From: Dimorphilus gyrociliatus
Lineage: Eukaryota > Animalia > Annelida
DNA length: 64,000 bases
Direction of reading: 5' to 3'
Assembly (NCBI GenBank): GCA_904063045.1
Contig: CAJFCJ010000043.1
Span: 65,581-129,580 of the forward strand
The position numbers and the translations under genes are program-made. Positions 46,936 through 58,800 of this stretch are shown here, piece after piece; positions within the stretch are counted from its first letter, which is position 1, and each line of letters opens with the position of its first letter. The notes under the pieces were generated by a model. The model had not been told where the DNA came from and did no database searches. It saw only the letters and a program-made list of their open reading frames with translations.

Positions 46936-47499
46936 TTCATCTGTTATAGGTCTAGTTAGGCAATATCATGAATGAGTTGAGATTGCAAAAATTGAACATT
47001 GTCAATTTATTTCTCTGTAAATCTACACCAGGTGGCTCTTGATAATACACACATATGAGTGTGCGTTAGCATTTGTGCGGGCTTGCCTCTTAAACTATAC
47101 ATTTTACATCGATAACACATACCTATCCTTTTTCTTTTTTAATCAACGTCAGTCTCTCTGCTACTGATTGTTACTTCTATCTGCTCTTTGGAAATGTAGC
47201 CCTATTGTCTAAAATTTTAATTAATTTGGCTAAAACCTGATTCTCTGTCTTTATTTGATGTTGTTATATCCTCCTAACCTCTAGATGCAATTCTCCCAAT
47301 TACAAACCAATGCCTGTCTACTCTTTCTAGCTATCTACCTCAGAAGTAACATCTACTTCAACACTTCTACCATATAGTAAGTATTATTTATAAAATATCT
47401 ATAAATTATAGTTCATAAATGTACAAAACCAAAATCAACATTTAAAATAACTTTCACTAGAAAAAGATTTTTCAAAAAATCTATCAATTCAAAAAGAAA

Positions 47500-47900
47500 T
47501 GCCTTTGTTAATATAGAAATATGACTCATTTTCCACAGAAGGCCTATTTTCATAGAGATGTACCTACACATTGACTCTAGTGACATTTTTTCTAAAAATT
47601 CTTTCCCTTCTGCTGTGTATTTCTGAAGGAGTTCACCCTTAAATCATTTCAGTACTGATTAAGGTCATAGCAGATCCATTTAGCACAAATCTTTCCCTAT
47701 CTAAGTTCTTTTGTCATTTATCCAATAGCTACATAACAAATTTTTTGAAGATTGCTCTCTGTAAAATAGTCTGATCTCCACTGTGGGGGCTATTTATTTC
47801 TTCTCAGTTTTGAAATTTTACAACTGTCTTTGGACAACCACATCTTGCAAATCATCAAAATTTTTTCTTTCTTTTTATAACATATACCTACCTTCTTATG
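47500..47900 (-). mobile_element. mariner-like transposase remnant
   Basis: GKICAKWICYDL resembles the mariner K..A.WVPH.L motif. It is followed by QQKGKNF and VHLYEN. Many stops. Confidence 0.55.
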
Positions 47901-48984
47901 AAACATTCACTCAAAATGTCATCCAAAAATAGCTTTTTGATCATCTGTAAAAGAACTTAGAAAAACTTTCTCAATCACTAAAAAAGCAATGAATTTTCAA
48001 CTGTGTTTACACAATAAAAGTTTTTTTATTTACTAAGAGTATTGGAGAGTATCAATGACATTAGTTGAGTTGTTTCAATAAGAAAAGCACAAAGTTTGAA
48101 ATAATTTGACCCAACCTTATATCTAACAAATATTGTTCATATTTTGTCCACTAAATATTATATCCAACAGAAGTTATTTGGAAGTAGCATTTGTACAGCA
48201 TTCATGTAACATTACAATTTTTACATTCAGACACATCTGTCACTACTTACAAACTGGGCATCATAGGCATCTTTCAAAATATCTAAAAAATTTGTTCACT
48301 ATAACCCTACTTTCAAAAATTAGAAAAGAAAATGACAAGAAGAATTTTAGTGTAGCAAAGACTTTACATGTGGTAGAAAATTTTGATAAGTTAATAATTT
48401 TACCTTAACCTTAACCTAATCATATTTTTTTACCTAACCTATTTGAATAAACTTAACCTTTGATAGAACCCAACCTAGTATTTATCAATAGTTTTAATAT
48501 TTTTCTTAGACATTTTCCCATGCTGAAATCTAGCCTTGAAATATTTCACATATGCCTGTCTTTATCAACAAAAACTATTTCAAAAATATCCAAGTAAATA
48601 ATATTTTACAGTTGAATGAAAAGTTTTTTAAATGTGTCTAAAGAGATACAACACAACTAGCCCACTACCATAGATCCTATATTAACCTTAACAATCTGAT
48701 CTGTTAATTCAAAAGATCTCCATAGACCTATAGAAATGTATTTGAAAATATTCTTAACCTCTTTAAAAATACCAATGAAAGAGTTTAAGTAGATGTTTTT
48801 GAAAAATTGTCACAAGACCTTTTGATGAGAAAACACCTATAAGAGAAAACACTTATAAGCAGGCACAATGGTAGCAGAGGTGTTAATAGAAATCATGAAG
48901 AGTTGTACAATATGTACTGTTTTTCTTCTTTTGAATTTAGATTGTATGATATTTAGATTTGTCTCAAATAAATTTTTATTATAT

Positions 48985-50095
48985 TTTAATCAACAGTTTT
49001 TGTGGTTCATTCACAACAATTTTCTGTATCTGTTGAAGTTCCAGCTATAATGTTGGAAGGTTTTGGACAATATCATGTAAATTTTAAACAACAGACTGGA
49101 AATCCTACATGCAGGTTTTTTTTGTACATTAATATTTGAATGAATAATTTTACAAATTTAATTTGTTTTAAAGCTTTACAGCTAAAAAACCAGATGAAAC
49201 TGTGGTAGCACAAGCTACCAAAGATTTAAATTCTATGTTTGAAAGCCACACCATTCAATATTTTACTTTATCATCATTCACTGAAGATTTTATCCTAACT
49301 TTTTCTTTCACTTGTGGTACTTCAGGGTCATCAATTAGTTTTGAATTCAGGACACATGTTTTTGCAGTTGAGACTATGTAATACTTTAAACAATATTCAA
49401 AATATATATAAAAAAATTTAAATATTTCATTTGCTTATGGTTCTACTTTTCTACCTGTGATGTATGGGGTTCAAATTGATGTATCAAGTGCGCAATCCTA
49501 ACCAACTATAGTTAAATTACTTAGACAACTTGGTGACGCTATTTGCAGGTAATTACTTCGGTGAAATTAAATCATTCATCATCATCTATATGATTATTTT
49601 TCGTTATCTCAGCTTAACTCAACCAGACTCTGCCATAGCCATAACAGATTATTCTGGATCAACTGATCTAAGAAATGATAACATGGAAATTACAGTTACT
49701 AAAACTGGTTCTCAGGAATCTCTTCTCATGCTTGCAAGCTGCTCATCTGGTGGAAAGACATTCAATACTGACATTCCAGTTTATTTTTCAGTTGGTGCTC
49801 CTTCACCATGGGCATCTGCAACAGGAGATCCACACTTTGCTCAAAATGTTATTGATAAATCATCAATGTCTACAAAACAAATATGTTATGATGTAACTGG
49901 CCAAATGGGAGATTTTATTTATATTGCTGGATTCTATCACAGTGGAATAAAAGTATTTGGCCAACTTAAAGATGATTAATACATGCATAAAATTATCATT
50001 CAGTCTCCATCAGCAAACATCACAGTATCATTAAATGAAATTCTTCTTGATAATATATATACAATGGAATGGAATGATAATTCAAAGGCAATGGC
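48985..50095 (+). pseudogene. Multi-exon gene remnant ending in an ITIH-C-terminal-like domain, truncated by an insertion
   Basis: Exon-like segments bounded by ag/gt (e.g. 49170-49378), then SPWASATGDPHFAQ...ICYDVTGQMG...IKVFGQLKDD*YMHKIII (premature TAA at 49977-49979). The frame runs into a TIR at about 50096. Confidence 0.7.
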
Positions 50096-50966
50096 TGTTG
50101 TACACATACATTCGTCAGCTATATTCTACAATAGAGAAGTAGTATTGAACCAGTATTGTACTATGCAGATAGTATTGTATACACAATACTGTTTGTCTTA
50201 ACATGCATTAATCAGATATACTTCCTCCTTATATGCTGATGCTAAATTTACTAACTCAATCAATTGAATATCATTATTAAGGTAGAATATAAAAATAGTC
50301 AAATATACAATCTACATGTTTTCTTGATTGTTGGACTTGTCCTACTAAAATTGTTATGTCTTATGCAACTCTCCAACCTGAGAAATTCAACTATTATTTA
50401 GAAGAGGAAAACAATAAAAACATGACCATATTTACAACTTTTCTTTGTCTTCAAATGTTACTTTTGTTTTTGTGAACATTGAAATTTGTCAACTATCAAC
50501 CCTTAAAAGAGTATATAAACCCTACAAAATTAACAGTTGACAGTTCACTTTTCTAACTGTCAGCTAGTTGTTTAATCTAGCTGGTTTAGAACTAGAAGCT
50601 CATTTTACTCAATACATATTCTTTGGACAAAATACTGGTGTTTTGTTGATTAATTTCTACCAAAATTGCCTTTGTTAGACTATTTGTGGACGAACTTTAA
50701 AGGTTCTATTTGTGTGAGTACTTTGGCAAGTTGGTAAATGATTGGAAAGGATGATTACAGTTGTGACGAACCAGAAATTCCTACAATTACAATACAACAA
50801 AGTACAAATTTAATAGGTTTTATAGCTGTGCAATGTATAGGCACTGCCCTCTGCGAAACTAGGTGAATACTGCTTATCTCTATCAGTGCTATCTGCATAG
50901 TACAATACTGGTTAAATACTACTTATCTATTATAGAGTATAGCTGACAAATGTATGTGTACAACTA
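50096..50966. mobile_element. Non-autonomous DNA element (about 870 bp) with ~80-bp TIRs, carrying repeat families A and B internally
   Basis: 50096-50176 (gttgtacacatacatt.gtcagctata...ccagtattgtactatgcagatag) is the reverse complement of 50885-50966. Superfamily not determined. Confidence 0.8.
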
Positions 50967-51009
50967 CACTAATCATTTCAGATTATCAATAAGAATTTAC
51001 AGATGTAAT

Positions 51010-51304
51010 TTCTTTTTTTAAATCGATACATCATTTAAAAGTACTCAATGTCAGTGGAACAGATATTTATGATATCCATTTTAGAATAATGTCAGAAAAT
51101 CTTGTCTTATTAGAAGAATTAAATATATCATCAAGAAGTATTAAGAAATTAAGGCCTATTCTCATGTTGAGTAATAAAAAATTGTTCAAAGAGATGTCAG
51201 ATATTGCTATTCAGTATGATGAATTTCAATATCTACTACATTTGGAATATCTAGAAATAGTTGAAATGTCTTTATGTGATTACAATATAGTATTTTATCA
51301 ATGA
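51010..51304 (+). pseudogene. Orphan LRR exon fragment (LGR-type)
   Basis: HLKVLNVSGTDIYDI...LLEELNISSRSIKKL...HLEYLEI, wedged between repeats. Confidence 0.55.
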
Positions 51305-52235
51305 ATGAAAATGTAACAATTTGAGCATAACTCTACCAAATGCCTGCATACATTGGTGAGTGTAGTGCATGATAAGAACCTAGATGTGTACGATTTAAAA
51401 ATTGAAAATCACCAAAATTTTGCATGAAATACTATATTGTAATAGTATTGAGCAGTGCTCTGCATACCCAAGATACAACTTTTAACTACTTCTAAAGTTA
51501 GTTGTAAATAGACTTTTACAACTTAACTTGAATATTTAACTAATTATCTTAAACATAATATATAATCAATATTAGTTGTTTTTATCATATTTTACCTATA
51601 TTTGGAAATTGTAGATTGTTGAATAGTAGCAAATACGCAATACTATTATAGATAACCAAATGCTTTGGTTTTTGCCATAAAATCTATTTTACACTACAAT
51701 ATCTCATTTTTGTGGTATATAAGAACAGCATTATGCTGATCTTTGTCTATTTTTGTGTGTTGGACACCATCCAAGTTCTACCAAAAATTGTTACATCTTA
51801 TGCAATTTTTGACCTACTCAAAATATAGAACAACAACTCTCCAGAATAAAGAAAAAGTACCAATTATGGTGGCATATTTGGACTTTTCCTATATCTTATA
51901 TGTTACTTTTGTTTGTCTGTATATTTGTGATCTGTGAACTGTCAACTATTGGAAAGGTATATAAACCCTGCAAATTTAACAGTAGACAGTTCAGTCTTAT
52001 CACTGTCAGCTTGTTGCTTAAACCAGCTTGTTTAGAACTAGAAACTTATTTACTCAATAAATATTCTTTGAATGAAATACTGATGTCTTATTGATTAAAT
52101 TTTTGCAAAATTTCATTTTTTGAGACTATCTTTGGACAAACTTGAATGGTTCTATTTGTTTGACTACTATGGTAAATTGGTAAATGATTGGAAAGGGCAA
52201 ATTTGATCTTGATGAATTCAATTACAATTCAACAA
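51303..52235. repeat. About 930-bp composite repeat, copy 1 (copy 2 at 57113-58072)
   Basis: 51425-52235 is colinear with 57215-58072. The first ~95 bp are present in both copies but inverted relative to each other. Confidence 0.9.
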
Positions 52236-52805
52236 AGTACATTTAGAAAATTATTATTATTTTTTAAGGGTATTTAACACTTTTGTCTCTTTTGTAGCAT
52301 CTTCCGTAAAATCATTCCTAAAGTATATATATCCTTCTTTTCTCCACAATTCTCCTTAATATACAACTCCTTTACAGATAAATATATCTTGAAATTATTG
52401 GGCTGAAAAGGATGATAATGTAAAATTTAATCTACTAATTTTCCATAGATTTTAAATACTCAACTTGGACAACAATATCCGTTATTGAAAATTGTCCATT
52501 TAGACAAAAGTTATGTCTATGAATTGAGGAAATTGAATGTAAAATTGTTGAAAAACATTTAAAATATTTATAATCTCTATAAAATTCATATGTTATATGA
52601 ATTCCAGAAAATTTGTTTGTCCTGAATAAAATTAGATGATAGTTTTCTTGATTTTTTAGGAAACTTAAAACTAGAAGAGAGGAAAACAAATATATTTAAA
52701 TAATGATTGAAAATGTTAATTCTTTTTTTTTATTTTACAATTCTGAAACCATTCATGTCTTGCATTTTTCAATAAATTCATCCTTTTCAAACAAAACAAA
52801 ATATT

Positions 52806-55800
52806 TTACTTAATAAGTAGAATGAAGACATGTAATTGAACAATTAACCTCTTTCTAGCAGATTTGACCTTAACTTCTGTAATGGTATTTGTTATCTCTT
52901 GAAAAGACAAGATATAGGGATTTATAATTGAACTTAGAGGTAAAATTGTAACCATTATCCATTCAAATTCATAAATTTCCACTGGAACTTTTGAAAATAG
53001 AATTAAAAATCCTAAATAACAAATAATTAATCATTTTCTATAAAGTTTTTTTATATGTGTTTTTTTTGACACCTAAAAGAGAGACAGTTGTCCAAGTTAA
53101 CATATGACTAACAGTGAAAATAACAACATTCATGTTAACACTTCTTTGATTAGACAACTTTCGAAATTTTTTAAATGACCCCTTTATTATACTGATAAAT
53201 TCACAAGTTAAATAAAACATAAAGATGCTTAACAAAGGCAAAATGATGCAAAATATGATAAATTGATAAATAAAATATACAGTTGAATTTTCCAAGTTGA
53301 GTATTGAGAAACATTTTCTGTCATTTTCCTGACAAAAAAACTCTTGAATATAAACAAAAATGTACCAAAAAAGTATTAGAAACTAATTACTTTGTGAAAA
53401 AAAAATGCAATCATTGATAAAACCAGACAGAATATGAATGAAATTGCAATAAATATGCATTTAAATATCCAAGATTTATGCTTCTCCATTGGGTACTTTA
53501 CCACTCTATTTCTTTCTACTGTTATGAATAGAATACCAGTAGAGGATAAGAGTAGGGAAGAGAAGAGTGTGATTTGCAAAACTTGACAGAAAACACTTTT
53601 GACCCAGGTGATATCATTTTCTAAGTATGAATTTCCATAATAGAGGTCAACAATGGAGATTGATATCATATAGAAAGATATGCACAAGTCAGAAAAACTT
53701 AGTAGTTGTTTAAAATGTTTGGAGGAACTTTTTGCCCTTAAAAGTAAAATTGTTGAAAGAATATTCCCTAAACAACCAAACACTCCATTAAGCCAATAAA
53801 AAACTATTTTACTTTTTGAATGAATAAGCCTTGTACATTGTGGATAGTTGAGTAGTTTGCCTGCTGAACAATTGACATTTTTACCAAGGTATTTTATAGA
53901 AAGACAGCAAATTTTTGAATTGCTTGTATAGATTTTAGGCACTTTAACCATATCTATAAAAACTCTTGCAATTTCAAAATGAGAGATAATTGTATAAGGA
54001 ATAATTAATTTTTTTATTTCAAGTAAATAGGTAAAACTTCCATCTTCTATTGAGTGAATAAAACAACCTTTTATAATGAATATTTGTAATTGTCTTATCA
54101 GATTAAGGTGTAATTTTGATAGTATTGTTATATTTGTATATGATATATCCAAATAATTCAAATGGCTACATTTTAAATGATATAGAAATGATAAAGATTG
54201 AATTGGATTATAGGAAATTATCAATTTTTGAAGTAGTTTTAATTTTTTTCTTAGAATTATATTATCATTTTCACCTACTAATCCATTTTCAGTTAATGAC
54301 AAACTTACTACATTTGGAATAGTAATATTCAAATTTTTAGTCAGGAATCTGTTACTTTTTCTGATAATTAAGATTGTTAAATGAGTAAAAGTTGTATGAA
54401 AAAGTTTGTTTTTTTTGGCAAATTCCCAGTAATATTTAATTTTCTTATACTTTCTATATGTTTAAATTTTAAACTGTTATTGTTTGGCTGTTGTTTCTCA
54501 ACTATTACATTATCCACAAATGCTTTGAAGTGACAATTGAATGAAAATGTGGAAATTTCAATACAACCAGGAAAATTTATTATTGGAATTTTACATAAAA
54601 GCTCATCACTTCCATCAAGACATTCAACAATTCCATTGCATATTTGATACATAGTCAAAAAACGTCTTTGACTTGAACACATAAAAAATCCTTTGGGTAA
54701 AAATTTCCTAAAAGTAAATGTAATTAGATCTATATAATATGTTGCTCTTTTTTCTTTTCTGTTTACCACAATCAACTTCATCATCACCTTGAGGACATTG
54801 GTTAAATCCATCACAAATAAGATCAAGAGAAATGCAATAAGCTTCTCTATAGCAAAGGTATTGGCCATAAGAACAAGATTTTTTAGAACAGGATTCTGAG
54901 AAATTTGGCTTTAATTCACTTAATACATATCCTAAGGATTATGTTGTAACAAAACATTTTGCTATTTTCCTATAAGGTGTATTTGACAATAATTTATTGC
55001 ATTGCAGAATTTCATATTGAAAATTTATATAAGGAACACAAAATGCAAAGCATTCTTTTTGAATATCATTTCGACAGGCTAAATCTTAAATGAAAAAAAA
55101 GGCATTGTAAAAAATTCATTTCTAATTTTTTTTTAAAACCATATTTATATTCTTTTAAAATTGAATTTGAGTTAAAGCATAACTCATCACTTTTATCAAA
55201 ACAGTCAACTTCATTATTGCAAACTTTGTCTTTATTAATGCATTGTCCATTTTTGCATTGTCTAAAAGAGATAAATTATCAGATACCATTCAATAAGTAA
55301 TTAAATCACTGTACACTTCATTTTCAGAACATTTGGGGAAAGCTGAGAAAGAATTTTTTCTATGGATTATAAGCCTTAGATTATAGGAAGAGAACAGAGA
55401 GACAGAGAGAGAGAGACAAAAATTCTTTGTTGGTTTCATCACATAATACTTGAAAGGTGAGATCATTCTTCACTTTTAATCTAACTAACACACCCACATC
55501 TTACTATGAGATGAAACAACTAAAAGACTGAAATCTTCTTAAACAGTCTGTCAGGGAATATGACTATCAACAAACCACAATATTCTTCATCTGAACCATC
55601 AGGACAATCTATCCAAAAGTTACAAACACTTAAATAACTAATAAATTTGTTTCCTGAATGGCATTTGAATATGTGTGTTAATTCAGTATGGCAATATTTT
55701 GAATATTCCTTATTTGTTCTACAATCAATGAGATTTTTGCACAAATGAATCTTATTCAAGAAAATATTAAAGTTTTCACATTTTACAAAATTTTCAGGAA

Positions 55801-58800
55801 ATTTTACATTCTCATTGTGTATAAATAATCTTTCTTGAAGTGTCTGTATGGCTGAAATCAATTAAAGAGTTTCATTTGCCCAAAAATTAAGAGCTAAACA
55901 TGCTTTTACTTACTTAAAATTTTTTGACAAGCAAACATTTTGAGAAGAGAAGTTTTACAAGATCTTTTCAGGGAGATTTTAACATTATCTTGTGTAACCT
56001 TCTGTAAAGTCTCAAAACATTCTTATTGATATTTTCTAGATTTAATTCTAATTACCAAGAAATAGCACTGATCTTCTACACTGTAAGATATTTTCTTGCC
56101 AATAAACTGATATTCTCTCAATTGTAATAACTAGATACAGATAGACGTAAGTGTCAACATGTGAAGGAAAAGTTATAACCTCTGATTCCAGATAGTGGTT
56201 TATAACTGGCAAATTTAAATCAAAATTTGTAGATGTTGTAAAAGTTCTTGAATTTACTCTAATATTCTCTTTAGAGTTGACTTCTGTAGGTAAAAAAACA
56301 CTAATGTCTTTTTGAATTTTTTTCAATGCGGTGACTGTTGAAAACACTCTTTTATAGATTCTCTGTGCTCTCAAAAGCCTCCCATATATTATCTGACATA
56401 CTCATGAAATGTCTATACATTTTAGAGTCAAGTACTTTTGACAAATATGCATTATATGCAATATCAAGCATGTGTAAAACAAAATACTTTTGATAGCTTT
56501 GATAATCAGGTGATGTCATATTTCTTTTATAGCAAAATTTATCAATTTCCAAAATATCCATTGCATGTTTTGGCCTGAAAATGGTGTAGCAAGTATCCAA
56601 GATAATTACTGTATTTTTGCCATAACATTTTTCACTTGAACGATTTGAACATTCAATTCTTAAAGCCTTTGATGAATATCTATAATTTTTATTAAATGTG
56701 TAAATGCTCTTAAAATATTTCAGAATTTTTCTATATCTTTGTAAAATGCTAATAATTTCCAAACTAAAACAATTTGTTCAACAAACTCAAAGTAAAATGA
56801 AAAGTTTAATTGTAATGCTGTCCCAATTTAACATTATATCCCAATAATGTATGCCTATTGCAAAACACCACAGCTAAGAGTTTGACTAATGCAGATGATG
56901 CAACAACCCCCCTCTATTTCATCTGTAGAAATAAGGTTACTGCATGTATCCACTCTTTACTTTCCTCTCTGGTGTACTATATGAAATCAATGAAGCAGAA
57001 ATTTTATGAAACTTTAATTTGCAGTCAATCTCTGATTAAAGAATAATCATTCAAATAGGTTCATAGATTTCTGGATACTCTAGACTACTCTAGAGTTCAT
57101 ATGTTTAACAATATACACATCTAGTTCGTTACTGTGCACTAAATGCTACACTCACCAACATTCACACACATTTGGTAGCATAAGCTCAAATTGTTACATT
57201 TTCATTAACTGATGAAATACTATATTATAATAGTATCGAGCAGTGCTCTGCATATGCAACATATACCTAATACTATTCTTTTAACTACTTCTAAAGTTAG
57301 TAAAATACACTTTTACAACTTAACTTGAATATTCACATTAAGGAATATACACATAACATTTATTTATCATTAGTTGTATGTTACACTAATTGACATATGT
57401 TTGGAAATTGTAGATTATTGAAGAGTTTGTATGCACAATACTATTTTAAATAACCAAATGCATGGTTTTTAACCAGTTAACTATTTTACACTAATATATC
57501 TTATTTTTCACAAACAAATGTTAATAATAATTTGTGGTACATAAGAGCATTATTCTGACCTTTGTCTATTTTTGTGTGTTGGACACCATCCAAGTTCTAC
57601 TAAAAATTGTTACATCTTGTGCAATTTTTGATCTACTCAAAATATGGAACAACAACTCTCCAGAATAGAAAAAACATAGCAATTAAGTAAGCATATTTGG
57701 ACTTTTCCTTTATCTTAAATGTTACTTTTGTTTGTCTGTATATTTGTGATCTGAACTGTCAACTATTGGAAAGGTATATAAACCCTGCAAATTTAACAGT
57801 GGACAGTTCAGTCTTATAACTGTCAGCTTGTTGCTTAAACCAGCTTGTTTAGAACTAGAAACTTATTTACTCAATAAATATTCTTCAAATGAAATACTAA
57901 TGTCTTATTGATTAAATTTTTGCAAAATTTCATTTTTTGAGACTATCTTTGGACAAACTTGAATGGTTCTATTTGTTTAACTACTATGGTAAATTGGTAA
58001 ATGATTGGAAAGGACAAAATTGATCCTTATGACCTAGAAGTTCCTACAATTACAATACAACAAAGTACAAACAGACAGTCTGAATAACAGGCTTACTCAA
58101 TCAGACAGATAAATTATGAAATTATTTAATAGCCAATGTGCACTAAGAAACTATAGAATAATAATTGTTGTGTATTTATAAGCATTTAAACAAGTAATCA
58201 GCTGTTCAAGACACAGTGAATGAGAAAAGTACAGCCATGCTATAAGAGCTAATAAACAGTACTCCAGCTCAGTAAATCTGTGCTTTGTTAACTATGGCAT
58301 TTTGATTAAAACATGTCAAAAAAGCTTGTATTGCATTGTATTGCATTGAAGTTTTTTAACTACTAACTGTAGCTGGCATTCTCTGTCATAATAGAAGTAA
58401 TAGTTTTTTACCTAATATAGTTTCTCTTTCCGACTTGGCAAAGTGTAAAGCTTGTTGAATTTTTTGGACAATGGAATGTTTCAAAATAATATTTTTTGGA
58501 AACTCTGAAGCTTGAATAACTGTTAATAAAGTAGTTGGAATAAACAATTGTCCCATAGTTCAAGCCAAAAAATGAACAGATCTTGATAACATCCTCATAA
58601 AGCAGAAAATGAAAATAGAACCAAAGTCTATTTATTAATATTTGAAAATATCCAGAAAATTTTAAAAAATTGTGTTGAAATTGTTCTACAGGATACAAAA
58701 AAATGTTTTCCTCTGAAAATAGTCTAAGTGCTTTAAGAAATTTAATGAATTTTAATATAGTGTAAAAAATGTCAAACAAATTTATACTGTGGTTTTTTAA

